Assembly (NCBI GenBank): GCA_003551845.1
Contig: PUNQ01000064.1
Coordinates: 10,649 to 74,648 of the forward strand
DNA length: 64,000 nucleotides
Direction of reading: 5' to 3'
Origin: Candidatus Nealsonbacteria bacterium
GTDB lineage: Bacteria; Patescibacteriota; Minisyncoccia; Minisyncoccales; PWPS01
Numbering within the stretch: position 1 is the stretch's first letter; every line of letters begins with the position of its first letter. A program made the translations under genes and the position numbers. Positions 8,624 to 16,463 of this stretch are shown here, one piece after another. The notes under the pieces are model-generated. The model was not told the DNA's origin, did not search any database, and saw nothing but the letters and a program-made list of their open reading frames with translations.

Positions 8624-10008
8624 AAAAGAGAACCGGAAAAAAGAGAGGAATCGTCCGCGAAATACGCGGTGAGGTGGTCAAGGTGGAGATGCACGGAGAG
8701 TCTCCCTTTTTGAAGGAGATTTTGATTCTGGAAGGAGATCCCGAGGTCCGTCTTGAAGTTCATAAGCTCTCTTCTTCGGGGCAAACCTTCGTCTGTGTCT
8801 GTGTTATTTTATCCGGATTCGAAAAAGTTTATAAAGGAGCTTCGGTGGAAAGGACGGGAAAACAGCTCCAAATACCGGTCGGGGAGGAGCTTTTGGGGCG
8901 GGTAATCGACGCCTTCGGCAATCCCCGTGACGGAACGGAAGATTTCACCACCGAAAAGACCCGCTCGATTTACGGAGAACCCTCTTATGAAGAAGTCTCT
9001 TCCGGTCAGGAAGTCGTTCAGACGGGAATAAAGACGATAGATTTTTTCACTCCACTGATAAAGGGTGAAGAGATCGGCCTCTTCGGTGGAGCCGGAGTCG
9101 GAAAAACGATTCTTTTGGTCGAGCTGATGCACAACGTCGTTTTTCACCAGAAAAAGCTTCTCGTTTACGCCGGGCTGGGAGAGCGTATCAGGGAAGGACA
9201 CAAACTGCACAAGACTCTTAAAGACGTCGGAATTTTGTCTTCCGCTTCATTGATTTACGGACAGATGAACGAAACCGCTTCCATTCGTGTCAATGTCGGC
9301 CATGCGGCGGCGACCATCGCCGAGCATTTTCGGGATTCCCGCGGGGAAGATATCTTCTTTTTTATCGACAACGTATACAGATTTCTGCAGGCCGGCAACG
9401 AGCTGTCGATGATGCTTGACGAGATTCCTTCCGAAGGGGGTTATCAGCCCACCTTACAGACCGATATAGGAAAGCTGGAGGAGAGGCTGTCTTCAAGCAA
9501 AAAGGGGGCGATAACCAGCTTGCAGGCCGTTTACGTTCCCGCCGATGACATTACCGACCCCGGTGTTCAGGCGATACTGCCCTTTTTTGATTCTTCCGCG
9601 GTTCTTTCCAGGGAAGTTTACAGAGAGGGAAGATATCCGGCGATGGATATTCTGACCTCTTCTTCAACCGCCGTCGAGCCGGAGATAGTCGGCAAAAAGC
9701 ATTACCGGCTTTACATGGAGGCTCGAAGCATACTGGAAAAGCACAAGGATTTGGAGCAGATAGTTTCCATTGTCGGTGAATCCGAGCTTTCGGCGGAAAA
9801 CAGGACCGTTTACTATAGAGCTCAGAAGCTTCTCAACTTTATGACTCAGTATTTTGAAGTCGTCTCCGACCAAACCGGGAAAAAGGGTCAATATGTCGAC
9901 ATTGAAGATACCGTCCGGGGAGTGGAAGCGATACTCAGGGGAGAAGTCGACGAAGTCCCTCCGGAAAAATTTTTATACATAGAAACGATAAACGATCTCG
10001 AAAAGTGA
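8614..10008 (+). CDS. atpD: F1 ATPase beta subunit
   Basis: [15 protein letters not shown]-loop. [40 protein letters not shown]. The DELSEED region reads ESELSAEN. Confidence 0.92.
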   Translation: MEIKKRTGKKRGIVREIRGEVVKVEMHGESPFLKEILILEGDPEVRLEVHKLSSSGQTFVCVCVILSGFEKVYKGASVERTGKQLQIPVGEELLGRVIDAFGNPRDGTEDFTTEKTRSIYGEPSYEEVSSGQEVVQTGIKTIDFFTPLIKGEEIGLFGGAGVGKTILLVELMHNVVFHQKKLLVYAGLGERIREGHKLHKTLKDVGILSSASLIYGQMNETASIRVNVGHAAATIAEHFRDSRGEDIFFFIDNVYRFLQAGNELSMMLDEIPSEGGYQPTLQTDIGKLEERLSSSKKGAITSLQAVYVPADDITDPGVQAILPFFDSSAVLSREVYREGRYPAMDILTSSSTAVEPEIVGKKHYRLYMEARSILEKHKDLEQIVSIVGESELSAENRTVYYRAQKLLNFMTQYFEVVSDQTGKKGQYVDIEDTVRGVEAILRGEVDEVPPEKFLYIETINDLEK

Positions 10009-10009
10009 T

Positions 10010-10270
10010 ATGCCCGAAGACTTTCTACAAGTGGCCGTCTATTTTTCTTCCATAATGAACAAAGAGCCCTTCCGGGGAAGGGCGGTTTCGGTTTCTTCCG
10101 AAAACGATCTGGGAAAGTTCGACGTCTTAAAAGATCACAGCAACTTCATCAGCTTAATCTATGAGAAATTGGAAATAAAGACTCCGGGCGGAAAAGTTAT
10201 CGATTATCAGTTCAAAAGAGGAGTGATGAAGGTAAACAGAAACGAGGTCAACGTATTTTTGGGCCTTTAA
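10010..10270 (+). CDS. atpC: F1 ATPase epsilon subunit, short form (86 aa, beta-sandwich only)
   Basis: Starts 1 nt after the atpD stop. Size and position fit epsilon. No C-terminal helical hairpin. Confidence 0.6.
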   Translation: MPEDFLQVAVYFSSIMNKEPFRGRAVSVSSENDLGKFDVLKDHSNFISLIYEKLEIKTPGGKVIDYQFKRGVMKVNRNEVNVFLGL

Positions 10271-10283
10271 GACTCGGATTATT

Positions 10284-11669
10284 TTATTTTTGACAGGGGA
10301 GCTTTTTCAGCTCGCCGTTTTTTATTTGAATGCAGTAAGTTTCTCCGGTCTCCGTATCGGTCAGCTTCAACTCTTCCGGCACCTCTTTGTGTTTTTCGTG
10401 CGGGTTGATGAAGACGGTTATCTTTTCTTTTCCTTTACTTTGGTCCGCCTTTGAAAAGCTTTCCAGAGCCATTCCGATTACCCTTCCCGAACCGGTTGCC
10501 TTTTTGGCCACTCCCGGAGTATTGGAAGAGGTCAGCCGGTCTCCCACATTTATCTCTCCTCCTTCAAGTGAAACTCTGGTCGGCACCCGCCCTATCAGGG
10601 CGACGGCGCCGGCACTTTCTTTTTCTACGGATCCCAAAGTCAGGGCCGGATCGGTCGATATCACTCCTATCAGCTTTTCGTCGTAGGCTTTTTCCGCTTT
10701 TCTTATCACTTTTCCTTCCGAAACGGAGACCAAATCACCCGGCCGGGGACAAACATTTTCACTTTCACAGTCGGAATCCAGGGGGAATTTTTCGGCGACG
10801 TCGGCTTCTTCCCTGCGGGGAGTCAAAACCGGCCGCCAGGTACCGACACCCCTTTCATCGGACATCAGTCCGTATCCTTCTTCCGGGCTGACCGGCATCC
10901 TGAAACCGAGCATTCTCACCGTTCCGGAAACGTCCAGTGTTTGACTGGGAGAAGTTCCTATTCCGATTTGACCGGCGCTTTGTCGCATCACCGAATCACC
11001 CAGCCGGTTATTGTCTCGCCAAAGAGGTATCTTGCCCGTTTCTCCGCGCCCTTCTTGAACTTGAACCACGTCTTCCAAAACGTCTTCCGGTTCGGCGTCT
11101 ATTTCTTGTATGGAAGCCATCACTTCGCTAAGACAAACCCCGCCGCCCAATTCGGTACAGATATCTTCTCCGGCGTGTATTCCGTATTGCGGATCGTCTA
11201 TTCCCACTCCCACTCTTCCCAAATCGTCTATCGTCACCGCAACGTCGGGATAAAAATCTTGAATCGAGGAATCGACCAGGCCGGCCGGTCCGAAGCGGAC
11301 CAGGCGATCTTCGGTCCCCGTATGGGCCGTGTCGCAATTTCCGGCCGAAAGGCAGACCTCTCCGGATATGTCCGGAAAAAGATAGCTTCTGTCACCGGTC
11401 AGTTGATTTACCGACACCTCTCCGCGATAATCTTCGTCGGTAATAAAAAAAGTGGGGGACAAAATCTCTTCACCGCTTATCGGCCCTTCTATGACCGTTT
11501 CCGAACCGATCTTCAAAAAGGGGTCGGTCAAAAGATAGTCGGGAATGTCGTCCGGATCGGTCTGGGCCCGCAGACCGCCGACCAGAAAAAACAAAAGAGC
11601 GAGAAAAACAATTCCCGCCGGGCCGAAAGTTTTAAAGTGTGAGTTTTTGGACTGGGTTTTCTTTTTCAT
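10284..11669 (-). CDS. Secreted fibre-like protein; C-terminal domain shared with 3580..4377
   Basis: Signal peptide (GIVFLALLFFLVGGLRAQ). IGIGTSPSQTLDVSGTVRM collar-type motif common in tail-fibre-like proteins. C-terminal LIGVISTDP...GDRLTSSNTPGVAKKA..VIGMALESF...INPHE is homologous to 3580..4377. Confidence 0.55.
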   Translation of the reverse strand: MKKKTQSKNSHFKTFGPAGIVFLALLFFLVGGLRAQTDPDDIPDYLLTDPFLKIGSETVIEGPISGEEILSPTFFITDEDYRGEVSVNQLTGDRSYLFPDISGEVCLSAGNCDTAHTGTEDRLVRFGPAGLVDSSIQDFYPDVAVTIDDLGRVGVGIDDPQYGIHAGEDICTELGGGVCLSEVMASIQEIDAEPEDVLEDVVQVQEGRGETGKIPLWRDNNRLGDSVMRQSAGQIGIGTSPSQTLDVSGTVRMLGFRMPVSPEEGYGLMSDERGVGTWRPVLTPRREEADVAEKFPLDSDCESENVCPRPGDLVSVSEGKVIRKAEKAYDEKLIGVISTDPALTLGSVEKESAGAVALIGRVPTRVSLEGGEINVGDRLTSSNTPGVAKKATGSGRVIGMALESFSKADQSKGKEKITVFINPHEKHKEVPEELKLTDTETGETYCIQIKNGELKKLPCQK

Positions 11670-11760
11670 AAAATAGGGCTTGATTTTTATTTTTTAATTA
11701 TATCATAATCCATAAGGATAAAAAGCCCTTTTTTATGCCACAAACTCCCCTTAATTTCAA

Positions 11761-11788
11761 TTGACAAGCACTTGAAGGCGATTATAAT
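11761..11788 (+). promoter_or_regulatory. Sigma70-type promoter for 11871..13004
   Basis: TTGACA (11761-66), 16-nt spacer, TATAAT (11783-88). Confidence 0.6.
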
Positions 11789-11870
11789 TATCTAATGTAA
11801 ATTCTCCCTTAAAAAGTTAATGAAAAAATTGTAAAGGTCGGAGGGAGAAAAGACAAAAAAAGAAAAGATT

Positions 11871-13004
11871 ATGAAAAAGATTTTTAAGACGGGAATGGCT
11901 TTTATGCTTGTCGCCTCTTTGGCTTTGGCGCTTATCCCCTTATTGGGTATAGCCGACAATGAGCCGACCGAGTCGGTTCTTGACTTCACGATTACCATCA
12001 GTGACTCGGCTCCCGAGGCTGATGGTGTAGAGTATTACGCAAGTTGGGTGTCCGGAGAAGGGATGGAAGATGGGCAGAACGTCTATCTAACATTTCCTGA
12101 TGAATTTTTTACCAGAGACGGTTCGCTTGATACTATCATTGATGATAGCGACAACCTAACTGGATGTACTATTCCTGCACCTGAGGATTCGGTTAGGTGT
12201 GATGCTGACGGGATTGAAGAGAATGATGAAGTGTGGGTAGAGTTTGAGGTAACCAATCCGCAGAAGGATGCCGACGCGGGAACAGCCGATACCTACATGA
12301 TTGAGCTTGCGACGGACGGTGACACCGAGGTGCACACCGCCCAGGTGGCGATCATAGAACCGGTAGTGGTAACCGCCAACATTGACGCTACTCTCAACTT
12401 TGAGGTTTTGGGTGTTGACGCGGGAGAGATTGATCTTCACGGTGATGAAGAGTCTACCGTAAACACTACCAGTTTGCCGGATTTGATTGATTTCGGAGAG
12501 ATAAATCCGGACGATGGTCCCTATATTGCCGCTCAAAGGCTTCAGGTTAAAACCAACGCTACCGAGGGGTATACGGTAACCGTTTTCCAGGACGGAGACT
12601 TGGAAAGTGCCGCCGGTGATATCATTAGCCCCTTCAATAACGGATCAGTTGTGAGTCCGAGTAATTCTGTTATATGGGAAGGACCCGACGGAATACTCGA
12701 CAATGAAGAGACTTGGGGACACTTCGGCTACACCACTCAAGATTTGCATGTTTCAGAGTCGTGTTTAGAGAATGAAGAGGGATACTTCTTTGATGAGACG
12801 GAGACTCTTGCCAAATGGGCCGGATTCGATGAAGATAATGAAAGAACCGTGATGTGTTACAACGGACCGGTTCCCGATCCCGGTGAAAACGATATAGAAA
12901 ACGTCAACTACACTTATGTGGGTTACCAAGTAGAAGTCAGCCAACTGCAACCGGCCGGTTACTACAACAACACTCTAACCTACATAGCCACTCCCACCTT
13001 TTAG
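11871..13004 (+). CDS. Secreted beta-rich surface protein, WxL-like
   Basis: Signal peptide. Acidic, Thr/Asn-rich. KTNATEGYTVTVFQDG segment. C-terminus PAGYYNNTLTYIATPTF resembles the terminal G.Y..TLTW.L...P strand of WxL domains. Three DUF916-like genes follow. Confidence 0.5.
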   Translation: MKKIFKTGMAFMLVASLALALIPLLGIADNEPTESVLDFTITISDSAPEADGVEYYASWVSGEGMEDGQNVYLTFPDEFFTRDGSLDTIIDDSDNLTGCTIPAPEDSVRCDADGIEENDEVWVEFEVTNPQKDADAGTADTYMIELATDGDTEVHTAQVAIIEPVVVTANIDATLNFEVLGVDAGEIDLHGDEESTVNTTSLPDLIDFGEINPDDGPYIAAQRLQVKTNATEGYTVTVFQDGDLESAAGDIISPFNNGSVVSPSNSVIWEGPDGILDNEETWGHFGYTTQDLHVSESCLENEEGYFFDETETLAKWAGFDEDNERTVMCYNGPVPDPGENDIENVNYTYVGYQVEVSQLQPAGYYNNTLTYIATPTF

Positions 13005-13043
13005 GAAAGCTTAAGCTTAAGGTTTTTTTTGGGGAGGTTAAGG

Positions 13044-13084
13044 GCTTTCCGGCCTTGCGGGGCCGGAAGCTCTTTATCTCTTTT
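13044..13084 (+). terminator. Intrinsic terminator after 11871..13004
   Basis: GC-rich hairpin gctt(t)ccggcc-ttgcgg-ggccggaagc followed by tctttatctctttt. Confidence 0.6.
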
Positions 13085-13104
13085 AAAAATAAGAAATTCT
13101 TTTT

Positions 13105-14160
13105 ATGAAAGAAAAATCAATACTTTTTACTTTACTCTTTTCTATTTTTGTCTTTTCTTTGCCCCTTTTTGCCGGCGCTCAGACGGGGATTGAGGTCAGC
13201 CCTTACAGGATAGAAGAGACCGTCGAGCCCGGTGACACGGTGGTAAGAACGATCAGAGTCAGAAACACCACCGACAGAGAGAGAACCTTTTATGCCGACC
13301 TGATGGATTTTGTCGTCATGGGAGAGGGCGGAAACGCCCGCCTGATGAGGGCCGGCAGTCATGAAAGAGCCTCTCTTACCGACTGGATAACGATTAGAAG
13401 AACCGGCACCGATTTTGATCCGGGAGAACGAAAGGAGGTCCAGGTCACCTTCAACGTGCCCGAGGATATAGGTCCGGGCGGATATTACGGGGCGATAGTC
13501 TTCGGCCCCAGTCCGCCGGACGCCAATGATCAGGCCACTTTTGTCGGCCTTACCCACCAGGTGGGGGTTTTGGTCCTTTTTAACGTTATGGGTGATGCCG
13601 ACGTCGAGGCCAGGGTAAGAGAGTTCAGCACCAGAAACCAGGTTTACGACACTCCGCTTCAAGTCGACTTTTTAACCCGGGTGGAAAATATAGGTAATTT
13701 ACATATAAAACCGACCGGATCGATACAAATTGAAAATATGCGCGGCGACAAAGTCGCCTCCGTCCCTTTAAATCCCGACGGGGACAACGTCTTACCCCGG
13801 TCCATAAGACGGATTGAAAACTTTTGGCAGGACGATTTCGGCTTCGGCAGATACAAGGCCTCCTTGATTATGAACTTCGGCGAGCCGACCGAGCGGGGAG
13901 GAACCGGAGTCCGGACCGTTTCCGCCGAAACAAACTTTTGGGTCTTGCCCCGGGCGCTAATCGGGCAAGTGGCCGTCGGTATTTTACTCATAATTTTGAT
14001 ACTCTACGTCATATTCAGAAATTACAAAAGAAAAGCGATCGAAGAAGCGACCGGTAAAGCCGCCGAAGCTAAAAGCTCGTCCGGCTTCGGTGTGATTGTC
14101 GCCGTCTTTTTGTTATCGCTTTCGGGCGTCGGAATATACGTTTACTTTTTCTTACTTTGA
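13105..14160 (+). CDS. DUF916/DUF3324-like membrane-anchored surface protein, paralog 2
   Basis: Signal peptide. GIEVSPYRIEETVEPGDTVVRTIRVRNTT. DWITIRR..VQVTFNVPEDIGPGGYYGAIVFG. GRYKASL..NFWVLP. Two C-terminal TM segments. Confidence 0.6.
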   Translation: MKEKSILFTLLFSIFVFSLPLFAGAQTGIEVSPYRIEETVEPGDTVVRTIRVRNTTDRERTFYADLMDFVVMGEGGNARLMRAGSHERASLTDWITIRRTGTDFDPGERKEVQVTFNVPEDIGPGGYYGAIVFGPSPPDANDQATFVGLTHQVGVLVLFNVMGDADVEARVREFSTRNQVYDTPLQVDFLTRVENIGNLHIKPTGSIQIENMRGDKVASVPLNPDGDNVLPRSIRRIENFWQDDFGFGRYKASLIMNFGEPTERGGTGVRTVSAETNFWVLPRALIGQVAVGILLIILILYVIFRNYKRKAIEEATGKAAEAKSSSGFGVIVAVFLLSLSGVGIYVYFFLL

Positions 14161-14161
14161 T

Positions 14162-15079
14162 ATGAAAGTAAAAATAATAATTCTCCTCTTGGCGTTTTTT
14201 CTCTTGCCTGTCGGAGCATTTTCCGAGCCGGATCCGGAAGTCGGTGAACCCGAAGAAGTGGAAGAAACGGAAGAAGTGGAGGAGGGAGCGATTTCTGTTT
14301 ATCCGGCCGTAGTTGAAGAAGTTTTGGATAAAAGAACTTCCAATACCTTTACGGTCACCGTTAAAAATGAGACCGATTCGTCCATACGCTTTTACCCTTT
14401 GGTTTACGACATCTTTCCCGACGAGGGAAGAGTCGATGAGACCGATCGGGAACAGGCTTTGAGCTCTTGGATAGAAGTTGACCGGTCCAGAAGAAGCCTG
14501 GGCTCCGGGGAAGAGAAGGAGATCTCAATAACGATAAATGTCGACGGCAACGCTGAGGCCGGCCGTTACAGCGGTGTGGTTGCCTTTTCTTTGGGAAGCA
14601 CCCGCCCGGACGCCGCCGAAAATGCCGAAACTCTGGTTCAACCGGAAGTTTTGATCAATCTCGAGGTTTTGGATCGTATCGTGGAAAGGGCTCAGGTTTT
14701 GAGCTTCAATAACTCCAACCGGGTTCTGCCCCCCGCCTCGTTGGATTTAAAAGTGGAAAACATAGGAAACACGGAAGTTATTCCCACCGGAATAATAGCC
14801 ATCTACGATCAGCGGGGAAGAGAGATAGATACTTTGAATCTTAACGAAGACCGTAAAGCGATAGAAGACGGAGAAACGGAGATTTTTACCGGTAAGTGGG
14901 GTGAAGGATTCGGCCGCTACAAGGCCGTTCTGATGGCCGAATACGGACGGGAAACGGAAAGAGAACTTCTGGACGTGATCTTTTTCTGGGTTATTCCCTG
15001 GCAGATTCTGGTCATCTTCGGCTTGGGAATAGTCGCCTTCATAGTTTTGCTTTGGCTGATGCGCAAGATGAAGATGTAA
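14162..15079 (+). CDS. DUF916/DUF3324-like membrane-anchored surface protein, paralog 3
   Basis: Start at ATG 14162 (MKVKIIILLLAFF..), 1 nt after the previous stop. ISVYPAVVEEVL..TVTVKNETD. SWIEVDR..ISITINVDGNAEAGRYSGVVAF. GRYKAVLMAEYG..FFWVIPW. C-terminal TM. Confidence 0.6.
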   Translation: MKVKIIILLLAFFLLPVGAFSEPDPEVGEPEEVEETEEVEEGAISVYPAVVEEVLDKRTSNTFTVTVKNETDSSIRFYPLVYDIFPDEGRVDETDREQALSSWIEVDRSRRSLGSGEEKEISITINVDGNAEAGRYSGVVAFSLGSTRPDAAENAETLVQPEVLINLEVLDRIVERAQVLSFNNSNRVLPPASLDLKVENIGNTEVIPTGIIAIYDQRGREIDTLNLNEDRKAIEDGETEIFTGKWGEGFGRYKAVLMAEYGRETERELLDVIFFWVIPWQILVIFGLGIVAFIVLLWLMRKMKM

Positions 15080-15105
15080 TAGCATATTCTTTCGGTTTAT
15101 GATTT

Positions 15106-16056
15106 ATGAAAAAATTGGTATACATTTTTTTTCCGGTTATCTTTTTGACCCTTCCCTTCTTCGCCTTCGGGGAAGCTGATTTGAGTTTGACCATAAGCCC
15201 TCTCATAAACAAGATAGAGGTGGAGCCGGGTGGAAGCCGGTCCGGTATTCTGCAGGTTTTCAATATGGGATCCCGGGAAGTGGAAGCGACCGCTTCCGTT
15301 CTTGACTTTGAGGGCGGCTATCAGGGCCACGTCAACTTTTTTTCAAGGGAAGAGATGGAAGAAAGAAGGGAAGAAATCTCTTTGGGTAGCTGGATGAGTG
15401 TGGACGAAGATCCTTTTTTGATTCCTCCCGGAGAAGGAAGGACGGTTCATTTTAGGATTGACGTCCCCGAAGACGCCGAACCGGGAGGTAAATACGCCTC
15501 CGTTTTGGTTACCACCGGGTCACCGGAAAGAGATTCCGAAAGCACGGGAATAGATTTGGCCGCCGGGGTCGGTTCTCTTTTTTTGGTCAACGTGGAAGGT
15601 GATGTGATTGAAAAAGCCGTTTTAAGAGATTTTTTTACCGAGGATCTCTTTTACAGAGGAGATGAAATAAGCTTTCGGTTGGGAGTTGAAAATCCGGGCA
15701 CCGTTCATATCCAACCCCGGGGAGAGATAAGGATTTACGACTACGGAGGACGGCGGGCGGGAGCCATAGATGTCAACCGGATAACCGATTTCGGGAACGT
15801 TTTACCGGGCACGGAGAGAAGTTGGGATTTTACTTGGAATAAAAAAAACGATATAATGGAAGCGGGAAGGTATAAGGCGGTTCTTTTCTTGGAATACGGA
15901 CGGGATAGAAGTGAAATTTACAAAGAGATAAATTTTTGGGTTTTGCCGGTTACTCGCCGGGGAGCGGTGATGGTCTTGATTTTGAGCGGCCTCTTTTTTG
16001 CCTTGGTCGGATACCGCCTGGTTGAAATTTACGGCAAAGAAGCTTTTAAAAAGTGA
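15106..16056 (+). CDS. DUF916/DUF3324-like membrane-anchored surface protein, paralog 4
   Basis: Signal peptide. LTISPLINKIEVEPGG..LQVFNMG. SWMSVDE..VHFRIDVPEDAEPGGKYASVLV. GRYKAVLFLEYG..NFWVLP. C-terminal TM. Confidence 0.6.
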   Translation: MKKLVYIFFPVIFLTLPFFAFGEADLSLTISPLINKIEVEPGGSRSGILQVFNMGSREVEATASVLDFEGGYQGHVNFFSREEMEERREEISLGSWMSVDEDPFLIPPGEGRTVHFRIDVPEDAEPGGKYASVLVTTGSPERDSESTGIDLAAGVGSLFLVNVEGDVIEKAVLRDFFTEDLFYRGDEISFRLGVENPGTVHIQPRGEIRIYDYGGRRAGAIDVNRITDFGNVLPGTERSWDFTWNKKNDIMEAGRYKAVLFLEYGRDRSEIYKEINFWVLPVTRRGAVMVLILSGLFFALVGYRLVEIYGKEAFKK

Positions 16057-16442
16057 TTATGAATATACTCAGAGTAGCAGTCAAACTGGCGATAGCGACC
16101 GGGATTCTGGTCGTGGTCGGCCTTTTTATCTTTTCTTGGCGATTTTATAATGTAAACCCCGTTGACTTGGGGCAATATTTGGGGGCCAGGGTCGGCTCCG
16201 TGGGAACTCAGTTGGAAGTGGCCGAAAACCCTTATAACAGCTTGGCCAGACAGCTCAGAGAAAGAGAAGAAGAGCTTGACGAACGGGAAAAGAAGCTGTT
16301 GGAAACTTTGGAAAAGAGGGATGCCGAAAACAGGTGGATTTCCAACCTGATATTGGGCTCGATAACTCTCCTTTTCATTCTGCTTCTTTTTAACTTTTAT
16401 CTGGATTACAAAATGCGCAAAAATGAGAGTTCGGGTCCGTAA
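16053..16442 (+). CDS. Small membrane protein (two TM helices flanking a coiled coil)
   Basis: TM ILVVVGLFIFSW and TM LILGSITLLFILLLFNFYL. RQLREREEELDEREKKLLETLEKRD between them. The start overlaps the previous stop. Confidence 0.45.
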   Translation: MIMNILRVAVKLAIATGILVVVGLFIFSWRFYNVNPVDLGQYLGARVGSVGTQLEVAENPYNSLARQLREREEELDEREKKLLETLEKRDAENRWISNLILGSITLLFILLLFNFYLDYKMRKNESSGP

Positions 16443-16463
16443 CTCTTGTTTTCTAAAAATAAA

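Noticed and set aside
10387-11642. Plus-strand ORFs (10387..10686, 10451..10891, 10941..11642) antisense to 10284..11669.
   Set aside because: The minus-strand protein has a signal peptide, recognisable motifs and a domain shared with 3580..4377. The plus-strand products are Arg/Pro/Ser-rich nonsense typical of antisense frames in GC-richer DNA.
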